DNA of 64,000 nucleotides from Gemmatimonadota bacterium (GTDB lineage: Bacteria > JBHIER01 > G020348925), in NCBI GenBank assembly GCA_020348925.1, contig CP070758.1, forward strand, positions 4,525,775 to 4,589,774, written 5' to 3'. Below, in pieces: positions 1 to 10,293 of the stretch (positions are counted from its first letter, which is position 1; each line of letters starts with the position of its first letter). Below the pieces are notes generated by a model that had not been told where the DNA came from, did not search any database, and saw only the letters and a list, made by a program, of their open reading frames with translations. The position numbers and the translations under genes are program-made.

Positions 1-327
1 GCAACGTTTCAAGCCATGCATAAGGCTCTCGAGACACTTTCAATCCGTCCCCATTATGTCCTCATTGACGGTTTTGAGCTTCCGGAGTGTCCCTGTTGCC
101 AGAAAGCCATAATCGGTGGTGACGGCCACTCTTTTTGCATCGCAGCAGCTTCGATTGTGGCCAAAGTGACACGAGATCGCATCATGATCGATTATGATCA
201 TCGCTTTCCAGAATATGGATTTGCCAAGCATAAAGGGTACGCGACACGTGGACACAGGGCTGCCTTGGGAAAATACGGTCCCTGCGAAATTCATCGCAGA
301 TCCTTTTCTTGGAAGAGAAACGTCTGA
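1..327 (+). CDS. rnhB: Ribonuclease HII, C-terminal part (5' end outside window)
   Basis: Frame open from base 1. Motifs LIDG, GDG, IAAASIVAKVTRD, YGFAKHKGY and HRRSF are typical of RNase HII. Confidence 0.95.
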   Translation, partial: ATFQAMHKALETLSIRPHYVLIDGFELPECPCCQKAIIGGDGHSFCIAAASIVAKVTRDRIMIDYDHRFPEYGFAKHKGYATRGHRAALGKYGPCEIHRRSFSWKRNV

Positions 328-334
328 TGTTCGA

Positions 335-751
335 ATGATGACTGTATTCAAGAATCCCTTCAATTTTTCACGGAACAGATCTCTTCACGTCGATAAAAAA
401 AAAGATCTGGGAAAAAAGGGTGAGGAGCTGGCAGTACAATTCATACGGAGACAGGGCTTTGAAATTCTCGAACGAAATTACCACCATAGGCGAGGCGAGA
501 TCGACATTGTCGCTCGCGATAGAAAGACGTTGGTTTTTATTGAGGTGAAGACCGCTACGAGTAACCAGTACGGACCACCTGAAAGTTGGGTTGATTCCAG
601 GAAACAACAACAGGTTGCGAAAATAGCCGCGGCCTATCTTCAAGAACGTAAAGTTACAAATGTCGATTGTCGCTTTGACGTGATTGCTGTGGATCACACA
701 AGAGAGAACAGTATCAATCACATCCAGAATGCTTTTTGGATAGAAACATAA
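335..751 (+). CDS. yraN: YraN/UPF0102 family PD-(D/E)xK nuclease-like protein
   Basis: GKKGEELA...ILERNY...GEIDIVA...LVFIEVKT...CRFDVIAV; usual position downstream of rnhB. Start uncertain; ATG 335 chosen over the ORF start at 194, which overlaps rnhB. Confidence 0.9.
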   Translation: MMTVFKNPFNFSRNRSLHVDKKKDLGKKGEELAVQFIRRQGFEILERNYHHRRGEIDIVARDRKTLVFIEVKTATSNQYGPPESWVDSRKQQQVAKIAAAYLQERKVTNVDCRFDVIAVDHTRENSINHIQNAFWIET

Positions 752-788
752 TTGGACGACAATTCCTCTCACGTTGGAGGCTGACGTT

Positions 789-1943
789 ATGGATTTTACC
801 TTCACAGAAGAACAGAACATGCTTCGGGAAACGGTGAGACGTTTCGTGGATCAAGAGGTTCGGCCGCTCGCCCAGAAGATTGACGAGGAGCATGACGTTC
901 CCAGAGAGCTCATTGATAAAATGGCCCAACTGGGCTTTCTGGGAATTGCTTTTCCCGAGGAGTACGGTGGGGTTGGTGCGGGGGAAATCGGATACTGCAT
1001 ACTGTTAGAAGAGCTGGCCAGGGCATGCGCCTCGACCTCGACGGTGGTCGGAGCCCATCAGAGCATCGGTGCTATGGCCATATACTTGGACGGGAATGAG
1101 GAACAGAAGCAGAAGTATCTGATACCCTTAGCACAGGGAGAGAAAATCGGAGCCTTTGCGTTGACTGAGCCGAATGCTGGTTCAGACGCCGCCGGTATCC
1201 AGACAACGGCTGTTGAAGATGGAGATGCGTATGTCCTGAACGGTCAGAAGATCTATATCACCAACGGATCCATTGCCGACATCATTTCGGTGTTCGCTGC
1301 GACGGATAAAGAAAAAGGGGTACGGGGGGGGATCAGTGCGTTCATCGTTGAGACCGACACCCCTGGTTTCAAAGTTGGCCACATCGAGGATAAGATGGGT
1401 ATTCGGGGATCCCAGACGGCTGAGCTGTTTTTTGAGAACATGCGCGTCCCCAAGGAGAATCTTTTAGGGCGCAAGGGATTTGGTTTTTTAACGGCCATGA
1501 AAACCCTGGACGTCGGCCGGTTGAGCCTGGCCGCCTCATGCGTGGGCGCTGCCAAGGAACTCATCAAGCTCTCCACAGAGCACGCCAAGACTCGGATACA
1601 ATTTGGAAAACCGCTGGCCGACCAACAGGCCATCAAGTGGATGCTGGCCGAAATGGCCGCGGACACCTTTGCCATTGAAAGCCTGACCTATCGGGCCGCC
1701 TGGATGCGGGATCAAGGGATGAAATTTTCCCGAGAGGCTGCCATAGCGAAAATGTTTGCTTCCGAAGTCTTAGATAGAATAGTTGATAAAGCGGTTCAGA
1801 TCCACGGCGGTATCGGGTACATGGCCGAATATCCCATTGAACGATTTTATCGGGATTCCAGAATCAATCGCATCTTCGAGGGGACAAACGAGATTCAGCG
1901 TTTGGTCATTGCCAGTGACATTATTAAAAAAGGTGGGTATTAG
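789..1943 (+). CDS. Acyl-CoA dehydrogenase (short-chain/butyryl-CoA type)
   Basis: MDFTFTEEQ start after GGAGG (776-780); [27 protein letters not shown] and [11 protein letters not shown] (catalytic Glu). Confidence 0.95.
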   Translation: MDFTFTEEQNMLRETVRRFVDQEVRPLAQKIDEEHDVPRELIDKMAQLGFLGIAFPEEYGGVGAGEIGYCILLEELARACASTSTVVGAHQSIGAMAIYLDGNEEQKQKYLIPLAQGEKIGAFALTEPNAGSDAAGIQTTAVEDGDAYVLNGQKIYITNGSIADIISVFAATDKEKGVRGGISAFIVETDTPGFKVGHIEDKMGIRGSQTAELFFENMRVPKENLLGRKGFGFLTAMKTLDVGRLSLAASCVGAAKELIKLSTEHAKTRIQFGKPLADQQAIKWMLAEMAADTFAIESLTYRAAWMRDQGMKFSREAAIAKMFASEVLDRIVDKAVQIHGGIGYMAEYPIERFYRDSRINRIFEGTNEIQRLVIASDIIKKGGY

Positions 1944-1967
1944 GAATCCATAGAAAAGGAGGTGGAC

Positions 1968-2720
1968 ATGAATATTGTCGTCTGCATGAAACAGGTCCCG
2001 GATACGGAGACGCGGATTAAAATTGGCTCCGACGGTCGATCCATCGATCCAGCAGATGTGGAATGGATCGTCAATCCTTACGACGAGTATGCGGTCGAGG
2101 AAGCTCTGCAGATGAAGGAGCGAACGGGTGCGGGTGAGGTGGTCGTCGTGTCTGTCGGGAACGAGCGAGCTACCACTGCCATACGAAGCTGTCTGGCAAT
2201 GGGCGCGGATCGTGGTATATTACTCAAAACAGAACACCCCTTCGGCGACACCTTTTCGATTGCTGAGGCGTTGGCCAATTTATTGAAGGAGATGGAGTTC
2301 GATGTTCTCCTGTTCGGCAAGCAAGCTGTGGATGATGACAACGCCCAAGTGGCTCAACTGGTCGCGCACATGCTCGATCTCCCGTGTGTCACCGTTGTGA
2401 CGAAATTGGAGATCGAGGGCAGTACAGCCAAAGCCCACAGGGAGGTGGAGGGAGGAACAGAGATCGTCGAAACCAGTTTGCCCTCCGTTTTCGCAGCAGA
2501 AAAAGATCTCAATCAACCGAGATACGCTTCCCTCAAAGGAATCATGACGGCCAAGAAGAAACAGATTGAGGAGAAAGAGACGCAATTGGGGCATTTCAAA
2601 ATAGAGGTTATCGAGATGTTGAAACCTCCTCCACGACCGGAAGGTCGGATTGTGGGTGAGGGGAGAGAGGCTGTGCCTGAATTGATGCAATTGCTGAAGA
2701 ATGAAGCGAACGTTATCTGA
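1968..2720 (+). CDS. etfB: Electron transfer flavoprotein subunit beta
   Basis: VCMKQVPD, NPYDEYAVEEAL, GKQAVDDD, PRYASLKGIM; AGGAGG RBS upstream. Confidence 0.95.
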   Translation: MNIVVCMKQVPDTETRIKIGSDGRSIDPADVEWIVNPYDEYAVEEALQMKERTGAGEVVVVSVGNERATTAIRSCLAMGADRGILLKTEHPFGDTFSIAEALANLLKEMEFDVLLFGKQAVDDDNAQVAQLVAHMLDLPCVTVVTKLEIEGSTAKAHREVEGGTEIVETSLPSVFAAEKDLNQPRYASLKGIMTAKKKQIEEKETQLGHFKIEVIEMLKPPPRPEGRIVGEGREAVPELMQLLKNEANVI

Positions 2721-2757
2721 GAGTAAAAATACTATGAAACAGTGAAGGGAGCTTTAG

Positions 2758-3744
2758 ATGGCAAACGGTGTTCTTGTTTTTGCTGAGCAGAGAGACGGAG
2801 TCTTTCGAGGACCGGCGTTCGAAGCGTTGACTCAGGGAAGACGGCTGGCGGGTCAACTGGGAACCGATCTCAGTGCTGCAGTTTTGGGTTCAGGAATAGC
2901 AGGTACCGTCGAGGTACTCAAGGAGTACGGCGTGGATGCAGTTTTTGTCGCAGACAGCGAACATCTTGCAAGATATACCACCGAAGGATACGCGGATGTT
3001 TTTTCCAAAATCGTTCGTGAAAAAAATCCCTCCATCGTTCTTATGCCCGCCTCATCGTTGGGCAGAGACCTGGCTCCGAGGGTGGCTGCTCATTTGGAGA
3101 CAGGACTCATCACTGAGTGCACTGCCCTGGAAATCTCTGATGGACGGTTGCTTGGTACGAGACCTGTCTATGCCGGGAAAGCCCTCATTAAAACTTTCGT
3201 GAAGACCGATCCACAAATGGCCACCTTGCGTCCGAAAGTGTTTTCGGCCGAGACGATCTCAGAGTCAAAGGAGACGCATGTCGAGCAGGTGGACGTGACA
3301 ACGGGAGCCGAACGCATTCGGGCTAAGGTTATAGAATTTCAATCCAGCGGCGGTGATCGACCCGAGCTCACCGAAGCCGATATTATTGTCTCAGGTGGGC
3401 GTGGGATGGGAAATGCGGACAGTTTTAACGTTATCGAAGACCTTGCCGATGCCTTGGGTGCGGCCGTCGGTGCGTCCCGCTCGGCGGTCGATGCCGGTTG
3501 GCGTCCCCATCCGGATCAGGTGGGGCAGACGGGCAAGACGGTCTCACCGTCTCTCTATATTGCCTGCGGTATTTCGGGCGCTATTCAGCATTTGGCTGGT
3601 ATGTCTTCGTCCAAATATATTGTGGCCATTAACAAGAATCCGGATGCCCCCATCTTCAAAGTGGCTACATACGGTATTGTTGGTGACCTCTTTGAAGTTG
3701 TTCCGGCTCTCACTGAGGAGGTCAAAAAACTACAGGCAGCATAA
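2758..3744 (+). CDS. etfA: Electron transfer flavoprotein subunit alpha
   Basis: [40 protein letters not shown] and [14 protein letters not shown]-binding motifs. Confidence 0.95.
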   Translation: MANGVLVFAEQRDGVFRGPAFEALTQGRRLAGQLGTDLSAAVLGSGIAGTVEVLKEYGVDAVFVADSEHLARYTTEGYADVFSKIVREKNPSIVLMPASSLGRDLAPRVAAHLETGLITECTALEISDGRLLGTRPVYAGKALIKTFVKTDPQMATLRPKVFSAETISESKETHVEQVDVTTGAERIRAKVIEFQSSGGDRPELTEADIIVSGGRGMGNADSFNVIEDLADALGAAVGASRSAVDAGWRPHPDQVGQTGKTVSPSLYIACGISGAIQHLAGMSSSKYIVAINKNPDAPIFKVATYGIVGDLFEVVPALTEEVKKLQAA

Positions 3745-3759
3745 GACACTGAAAGAAAT

Positions 3760-4626
3760 ATGAGTGCGAATAGCGTGATTGTATCCCGACTGCGACATCT
3801 TCTCTTACTATGGGGTCTCTGTATTTCTTTGGGTATGCTTGCCAGTGGACAATTTCTCTGGGCTGATTCCGGTACAGATCGAGATTGTTTAGCATGTCAT
3901 AAAGATCCCTCCTTAAAGCAGACGTTATCAAACGGGCACGTTCGCTCCCTGTATGTCGACCCGAGAGAATGGACATCTGATGTACACAGAGAGTACGGAC
4001 TGTCCTGCGTCGATTGCCACACTGATGCTACTCCCTTTTCCCATCCTGTTGGCGGTTTCCATAGAAAAAGTTGTGACGTATGCCATTCCGAAGAATGCGA
4101 GGAATTCGGGCGCACTGTTCATGCCGTTCAGTCAGGTGATGAGGCGATGCCTGTCTGTTTTGATTGCCACACGAAACACAGCGTTCGACGAAAAGATGAT
4201 TCTGAAGCCAGTATTTCCAGGCGAAAGGTGGCTTTGATGTGTTCGTCGTGCCATCCTTCCGAGGCTGCACCGAAAAAACTGTTGGACAGGCTCACATTCT
4301 TCAGAGTGTCCGGCCACAAGAAGGAGGATATATCAGGACAGTACGACATGTCCCGGTGTATCGATTGCCATTTCAAGGAGGGTGCTCACGGCCAACCAGG
4401 CATTCTTGAAGAACGGTGCGCAACATGCCACAGGGTGGGTGTGGGGAACGGTATCCTGTTTACACCATCCGTTCACGCTGCCACTGTTTTGGGGAGTGGC
4501 GTTCCCTTTGGGAGTTTGAAATTTTTCTACGGACTGATTCTGATCGGGATCATCGGTGGAATAGCAGTGTTCTTCATTCGTAAACGCATCGAGTCGGGGA
4601 AAGGTGAGGAGAATTCTGCATCATGA
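3760..4626 (+). CDS. Membrane-anchored multiheme cytochrome c (7 CxxCH)
   Basis: CLACH, CVDCH, CDVCH, CFDCH, CSSCH, CIDCH, CATCH; hydrophobic N-terminal signal-like segment and a C-terminal TM helix followed by RKR. Confidence 0.9.
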   Translation: MSANSVIVSRLRHLLLLWGLCISLGMLASGQFLWADSGTDRDCLACHKDPSLKQTLSNGHVRSLYVDPREWTSDVHREYGLSCVDCHTDATPFSHPVGGFHRKSCDVCHSEECEEFGRTVHAVQSGDEAMPVCFDCHTKHSVRRKDDSEASISRRKVALMCSSCHPSEAAPKKLLDRLTFFRVSGHKKEDISGQYDMSRCIDCHFKEGAHGQPGILEERCATCHRVGVGNGILFTPSVHAATVLGSGVPFGSLKFFYGLILIGIIGGIAVFFIRKRIESGKGEENSAS

Positions 4627-5216
4627 GCTCGAAGCAGACGCACGTGAATGTTAAGCGATACGCCATGGTGGTCGATCTCAGGCGCTGCATTGGCTGTCAT
4701 GCCTGCTCCGCGGCATGCAAGAGTGAGAACGACGTTCCCCTTGGTGTCTGGCGCACCTGGGTGAAGGACTTTGAAAAGGGGACATATCCGAAGGTTCGCA
4801 GGGATTTTCTGCCACTGTTTTGCAATAACTGTGACGCCCCCCCCTGCGTTCCCGTCTGTCCCGTAGGAGCGACACGCAAAGGGGAGGACGGGATCGTCAT
4901 CATAAACCCGCACAAGTGTATTGGGTGTCGGTACTGTATGGCTGCCTGTCCTTACGGAATGCGGCACCTGCATCCAATCAATAATGTCGTCGAGAAATGC
5001 CACTGGTGTTTGCACAGAGTGAAGGCGGGTTTGGCACCCGCCTGTGTGGACGTTTGCCCGACCCAGGCCTTACACTTTGGTGCACTTCATAATCCTACCG
5101 ATAGGGTGAACCGAATGCTGATTGACAATCCGGTACAAACCTTGAAGCCGGAGCTGGGAACATCGCCTCATGTCTTCTACATAGGGTTGGATGTCAGGCT
5201 CGTGGAGGGGGAATGA
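4623..5216 (+). CDS. Four-cluster Fe-S protein, NrfC/PsrB/TtrB/DmsB family
   Basis: CIGCHACSAAC, CNNCDAPPCVPVCP, CIGCRYCMAACP, KCHWC...PACVDVCP; ATGA overlap with the upstream gene. Confidence 0.93.
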   Translation: MSSKQTHVNVKRYAMVVDLRRCIGCHACSAACKSENDVPLGVWRTWVKDFEKGTYPKVRRDFLPLFCNNCDAPPCVPVCPVGATRKGEDGIVIINPHKCIGCRYCMAACPYGMRHLHPINNVVEKCHWCLHRVKAGLAPACVDVCPTQALHFGALHNPTDRVNRMLIDNPVQTLKPELGTSPHVFYIGLDVRLVEGE

Positions 5217-6469
5217 GCGGAAAAACTCGAAACTGGATTTTACTCTCGCTTTTGGTAGTGTTCACCATAATCGGTGTGGCAGCGCTCGTAGAACGGATGG
5301 CCCAGGGCCTTATTCTGGCCAATTTTACAAGTGTATTACCCTGGGGATTATGGCTCTCGCTGTACATCTATTTCATCGGACTTTCCGCCGGATCATTTCT
5401 CCTGTCCACCCTGGTGTATGTCTTTGGGGTGAAACGGTACGAGCCCGTGGGACGCATGGCTCTTTTTCAGGCTCTCGGCTGCCTCATTCTCGGACTCATT
5501 TTCATCTTGATCGATCTGGGTCGACCGGAACGGTTTTTTCGAACGATCGTCAATTGGGCACCGTCCTCCGTTCTCGCCTGGGAGATCATGTTCTATCTGG
5601 CGTACATTGTTATTCTTTTGGTCGAGATGTGGATACTCCTTCGACCCGATCTCATTCCACGTTCCAAGCTTTTACAGAGGATCCATCGACCTCGGAGGAG
5701 TACTATTCTTACACCGAAAGAAAAAAGCATCGTGAGAATTCTGGCCATTATAGGAATTCCTGTTGCCATAGGGGTGCACGGGGGAACAGGGATGATTTTC
5801 GCCGTCGTGAAGGCTCGGCCCTTCTGGCACACAGGCCTCTTTCCACTCATTTTTCTGATTTCGGCTATGGTCTCCGGTGGAGCGCTTCTCACGTTTCTTA
5901 CGGCCTTTTTCTCGAAAATCGAACAGAGCCGCAGGGGGCAGATCGTCCGGAGCTTAGCGAAACTGACCGCAACGGTTCTGATTTTGGATATTTTTGTGCT
6001 TTTTATTGAAGTCGTAGTTGTCCTGTATGGTGATATTCCTGACCACACCCATCCGTACAATCTTCTGCTTGCTGGACCCTATTGGTGGGTGTTTTGGATC
6101 GTCCAGATCCTGGGAGGATCGGTTGTCCCATTAGTCATTATTTTTGGAAGAAGGACGAGCGACAAACTGGTGTGGCTCGGTGGTGCGGCGTTGCTCATTT
6201 TCCTCGGTGTGATCGGTGTCCGTCTGAACATTGTCATTCCGGCTCAACAGTCAGCCTGGTTTGGGGGAGGACCGGCAGCATACCATTTTCTGAAAAATCC
6301 TACCGGGTACTTTCCCAGCTCGAATGAGTGGTTGAGCAGCCTTGGTATTCTAACGCTCGGCGTCTGGGGTTTCTGGTTTGGGAGAAAGATGCTTCCCCTT
6401 GAATCGGAACATGGAATGGCGGAGACCGATGTTGAAGAGAAGGATAACACACATGAGACAGACAATTAG
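5213..6469 (+). CDS. NrfD/PsrC-family quinol-interacting membrane subunit
   Basis: PWGLWLSLYIYFIGLSAG, DLGRPERF, VHGGTG, ARPFWH; about 10 hydrophobic helices; ATGA overlap. Confidence 0.93.
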   Translation: MSGKTRNWILLSLLVVFTIIGVAALVERMAQGLILANFTSVLPWGLWLSLYIYFIGLSAGSFLLSTLVYVFGVKRYEPVGRMALFQALGCLILGLIFILIDLGRPERFFRTIVNWAPSSVLAWEIMFYLAYIVILLVEMWILLRPDLIPRSKLLQRIHRPRRSTILTPKEKSIVRILAIIGIPVAIGVHGGTGMIFAVVKARPFWHTGLFPLIFLISAMVSGGALLTFLTAFFSKIEQSRRGQIVRSLAKLTATVLILDIFVLFIEVVVVLYGDIPDHTHPYNLLLAGPYWWVFWIVQILGGSVVPLVIIFGRRTSDKLVWLGGAALLIFLGVIGVRLNIVIPAQQSAWFGGGPAAYHFLKNPTGYFPSSNEWLSSLGILTLGVWGFWFGRKMLPLESEHGMAETDVEEKDNTHETDN

Positions 6470-6496
6470 GATAGAAGAATCTTTACGGGCCATAGA

Positions 6497-8782
6497 ATGA
6501 TGGGGAAATGGACTCGGAGAGATTTCTTGCGGGTAGGGGCTGCAGGTGCTGCCGGAGTCATTTTTGGTGACGGTTGGCGTCTTTGCTCGAGCACTGCCGA
6601 AGCGCAGCAATGGTCGCCGGCCCTGGCAACGCTGGGAGAACCCATTCCCACGACGTGCGGTATGTGCCCTGCCGGCTGCGGATTGCTGTGCTATCGGGAC
6701 GGTGATGCATTGCGAGGCATCTTTGGGAATCCATCCCATCCGGAGAACAGGGGGAAGATCTGCGCCAAAGGCATTGCCGGTCTCAATTATGTCTTCGATC
6801 CTCAAAGGATTTTGTATCCCATGAGGAGAACCGGCGCGCGTGGCGAAGGAAAGTGGAGACGAATAACGTGGGATGAAGCGTATCACACCATTGCCTCGAA
6901 GCTATCCTTGCTCATGAAGGAGGGCAGGATCGATGAAGCGTTTTTCGATGTCCGAAAGGAAGAGCGGCTCGTGTCACGGTTTTTCAATGCACTTGAACAT
7001 CCGACGGTTCTCAATCGCTCGAAGCTCGGCAACCTGAACAAACGGCTGGCGCACAAGGTAACATGGGGTGCTGAAGGGGAGATCGTCGATCCAAGCACGT
7101 CGTCCTATGTTCTCGTGTTTGGATCAAATCCCCTGGAGCATCATGACTCCCATGTGGCCCTCGCCCAGCGCCTGATCGAGGGGAAGGTGAATCATGGAAC
7201 AAAGCTTGTCACGCTTGATGTCCGGCATTCGAATACGGCGGCCAAGAGCGATGAAGCATTCATGATCAAGCCGGGAACCGACGGGATCATTGCCCTGGCC
7301 ATGGCCAATGTCATTATGAAACAAAACTTGTATGACGCCGAATTTCTCGATAAATGGACGAATTATCCTTCACAGCGTCTGACGCCACATCTCGGACCCT
7401 ATCCTCCTGAGCGGGCGGCGGATGAGAGCGGCATGAGGGCTGACGACATTCGGCGCATTGCCGTTGAGTTCGCCCGGGCCAAGCCGGCCGCCATCCTTTC
7501 AGGCGGCGGTGTGAGCAAGCACAGGAATGGACTTCAGAATGAACGATGCATCTTGCTTCTTGCCGCGCTCACCGGGAATGTAGATGTTGAAGGTGGGTGT
7601 GGCTTGCCCAGAGAGCTTTCACTCCTTGAACCAGATCCTGGACCTCCGCAGAGAAGCGAAGAAATCGAACATCTGCAGCATCCGTCCTCCCTGCTGTCCT
7701 TCCTTGAAACGAAGGATACAATTGATTTTTACATGACATGCCAATCAAATCCGGTTTACGATGATCCCGAAACTGAGCGTACCGCAGAAGCTCTCAAGGA
7801 TGAAGAAAAAACATCCTTTTCGATTGCATTCGACACACATCTTACAGAAACCGGTGCTCTGGCGGATATGTTCCTTCCGGCGTCCACATTTCTTGAGGGC
7901 TGGGACGTGGAGACGCGACCGTCCAAGGGCCACCTCAGTTTGAGACAACCAGTGATCCAGCGAGGAGCGGAGACGGAGTTTTTAAGAAAAGGCCTGAAAA
8001 TATCCTCAATCCCGTTTCAACCGTTGGGTGCATCGGTCTCTGCGAGCGATATGTACCTTGAGGTGGCGAAAAGAATGGGTGGGGACATGAAAGACTATTT
8101 CCCCTTCAATAGTACTGAGGAGTATCTGGGGCGAATCGTTCCCCCGAACGCTGATCCAGGATGGTTTCAGGAACTGAAAGAGACGGGTTTCTGGATGCAT
8201 CCGGAAGGAGAGCAAAGATATAGGAGGTACACGGACCGGGGCTTTCATACGCCGTCCGGAAAATTTGAGATCTATTCTGAGACGTTGCGGAAGATGGGTG
8301 TCTCCCCACTCCCAGTCTACGATCCTATCCCCGATCATGCACGACTCGACGATCATGAATTCATCCTGACCACCTACACCCCAAATGTTCATACGCGTAG
8401 AACCGGAAACTGTAAATGGCTCACGGAGATAATGCACGACAATCCGGTCTGGATGAATACGGGAGCGGCAAAAGCCAGAGGCATTCAGCAAGGAGATACG
8501 CTTCGGATCTCTTCGCCAGTGGGAGACATCGCTGTGAGGGTCTTGCTCACGGAAGGCATTCATCCGAACACCATTGCTATAGCACAGGGTTGTGGCCACA
8601 GGGAGTGGGGAACCGTTGCGCGTGCTGAAAGACAAAAAACCGAGGATCGCGACACGAATTTGGTCTGGTGGAAGAGCGTGGGCAATGGTATTCATCCGAA
8701 TGCAATCATTCCTGTCGCGACGCATCCGAAGGGAGGAGGCCAGGCCTGGCATGATACAAAAGTATGCATTGAAAAAATATAG
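6497..8782 (+). CDS. Tat-exported molybdopterin oxidoreductase (MopB/DMSO-reductase superfamily, Psr/Phs/Arr-like branch)
   Basis: Twin-arginine TRRDFL signal; FS0 motif CGMCPAGC...ICAKG; RILYPMRR, WDEA, FGSNP, IKPGTD, ADMFLP; C-terminal dinucleotide-binding domain. Substrate cannot be assigned. Confidence 0.88.
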   Translation: MMGKWTRRDFLRVGAAGAAGVIFGDGWRLCSSTAEAQQWSPALATLGEPIPTTCGMCPAGCGLLCYRDGDALRGIFGNPSHPENRGKICAKGIAGLNYVFDPQRILYPMRRTGARGEGKWRRITWDEAYHTIASKLSLLMKEGRIDEAFFDVRKEERLVSRFFNALEHPTVLNRSKLGNLNKRLAHKVTWGAEGEIVDPSTSSYVLVFGSNPLEHHDSHVALAQRLIEGKVNHGTKLVTLDVRHSNTAAKSDEAFMIKPGTDGIIALAMANVIMKQNLYDAEFLDKWTNYPSQRLTPHLGPYPPERAADESGMRADDIRRIAVEFARAKPAAILSGGGVSKHRNGLQNERCILLLAALTGNVDVEGGCGLPRELSLLEPDPGPPQRSEEIEHLQHPSSLLSFLETKDTIDFYMTCQSNPVYDDPETERTAEALKDEEKTSFSIAFDTHLTETGALADMFLPASTFLEGWDVETRPSKGHLSLRQPVIQRGAETEFLRKGLKISSIPFQPLGASVSASDMYLEVAKRMGGDMKDYFPFNSTEEYLGRIVPPNADPGWFQELKETGFWMHPEGEQRYRRYTDRGFHTPSGKFEIYSETLRKMGVSPLPVYDPIPDHARLDDHEFILTTYTPNVHTRRTGNCKWLTEIMHDNPVWMNTGAAKARGIQQGDTLRISSPVGDIAVRVLLTEGIHPNTIAIAQGCGHREWGTVARAERQKTEDRDTNLVWWKSVGNGIHPNAIIPVATHPKGGGQAWHDTKVCIEKI

Positions 8783-8821
8783 TATGCAACGGAACTGAAT
8801 TGAAGACAAGGGAAAAGACTC

Positions 8822-10279
8822 ATGCGGAGAAATCAACAGAGAATGCGATCTCTTTTTTCGAAGTGTTTCAGGATACCGTATCGAATTGTCGCTCTTGTGC
8901 TCGTCGTGAATGGCTTTCAGTACTTTATTGCTGAGGGATCGTTGGCGCAGGAGCAGCACAACAGGCTCTACCGGGCCGATTCTGAGATTCAAAGAGTAAC
9001 CTATTCCGGGAACCACTGGGTGGGCTATCCTTCCCTCAGTGATGATGGTAATGTGATTGTTTTTCAGGAGGAGGTGCGGGACACATCGATGGTGACCGGA
9101 GAACCCCGAGTGAAAAGAATTATCAAAGCGATCACAGCCGACGGCAAAAATCAGCAGGTTCTGTTCACGGATAGTACCGTTCATGCCCCTGTTCCCTATG
9201 AGGACTCCTTTCTCCTCGTGGGGACCAAACCTCCTCTGGTCAGCGGCGATGGCGGGACAGTTATATTTGCTTTAAGTCTTTCTTCTCCAGCAGATATGAA
9301 AGATCATGTTATGGCTGTTGTGAAGACCGATGCTTCCGAATTTCAGACCATCACCTTTACGAACGAGATGTTATCTTCAAGAAATTGGAACAGGGAAAAT
9401 TTTGAAAGTGATTCGTGGGCCCGAGTGGCAAATTATGCTATCAGTGATGACGGGAGTCTCATCGCCTGTGTGGTCAAAGGTCATTTCGGGCCTGTTGCTT
9501 ATGGAAGCCTCAGTGGTATTGTTGTTGTGAGGTCCGACGGCTCGGAACAACGGACCCTCTTGGCACCACGGTTTGAAAACGATCGATGGACGTGGAATGA
9601 GTTTCCCAGAAGGCCTTTGACAGGGGGTGGGTGGGCCTTTGCCCTGACTGGTGCAGGAGAGACCATTCTCTTTGGAGCGCAGTCATCAGATGAAAGAACC
9701 GACTATGATCTCTACACGATGAAGATCGATGGATCGAAACCAAAACGCGTCACAACTGTTCAAGACCGTCTGTTCAGCTTTGCTGACATCAGTGCTGATG
9801 GCGAACGCATAACGTTTTTCTATTCCGGTAAAAAAGGGGAGGGGATTGGGACCTATGTCATGAACTCCGATGGGACAGGCCTTCATCGTCTCACCTCACA
9901 TGTCGTAGATCGTTTGGATTATGATGACGTTACGGATTCTGGAGACAAAGTATATTTTAAATCAGTAAATGGTGGTTTCGTGTTTGACATAAACCAATCC
10001 CATGAGGTTCTTATTTTTGATCGAAGCACTCCGGGATATGTTCGAAGCGGCGTGGACATGGATTTCCCCTCGTATCCCTCGTTCTGGGCTCCGGATTTTG
10101 TGAGCCGTGACGGTCACACAGTTGTGCTCGTGGGTGTCCCGGTTGGCAAGGATTTGGCGGAGTTGTTCGTCTTAACCGTAGGGAAGCTAAAAAAGACCCT
10201 CTTGATCTGTCCCTCTTGCGGAAATAGAATGGATCCATCCTGGAAATATTGCCCCTATGATGGCACGAAACTGGAGTAG
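8822..10279 (+). CDS. Exported TolB/PD40-like beta-propeller protein with C-terminal zinc ribbon
   Basis: Repeated PSLSDDG, VSGDG, ISDDG, ISADG and VSRDG blades; terminal CPSCG...CPYDG; signal-like N-terminus ending SLAQE. Confidence 0.7.
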   Translation: MRRNQQRMRSLFSKCFRIPYRIVALVLVVNGFQYFIAEGSLAQEQHNRLYRADSEIQRVTYSGNHWVGYPSLSDDGNVIVFQEEVRDTSMVTGEPRVKRIIKAITADGKNQQVLFTDSTVHAPVPYEDSFLLVGTKPPLVSGDGGTVIFALSLSSPADMKDHVMAVVKTDASEFQTITFTNEMLSSRNWNRENFESDSWARVANYAISDDGSLIACVVKGHFGPVAYGSLSGIVVVRSDGSEQRTLLAPRFENDRWTWNEFPRRPLTGGGWAFALTGAGETILFGAQSSDERTDYDLYTMKIDGSKPKRVTTVQDRLFSFADISADGERITFFYSGKKGEGIGTYVMNSDGTGLHRLTSHVVDRLDYDDVTDSGDKVYFKSVNGGFVFDINQSHEVLIFDRSTPGYVRSGVDMDFPSYPSFWAPDFVSRDGHTVVLVGVPVGKDLAELFVLTVGKLKKTLLICPSCGNRMDPSWKYCPYDGTKLE

Positions 10280-10293
10280 AGTTACAAAGAAAA

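Noticed and set aside
194-334. N-terminal extension of YraN from the ORF track
   Set aside because: Overlaps rnhB in another frame and has no YraN similarity.
5191-6009. 272-aa alternative-frame ORF
   Set aside because: Lies within the well-supported NrfD gene and has no recognisable motifs.
6497-8782. Selenocysteine at the Mo-ligand site, or naming the enzyme PsrA/ArrA/TtrA
   Set aside because: There is no in-frame TGA, and the apparent missing ligand means a substrate cannot be assigned without a phylogeny.
8006-9184. 392-aa minus-strand ORF
   Set aside because: Antisense shadow of the MopB and propeller genes with no domain signal.
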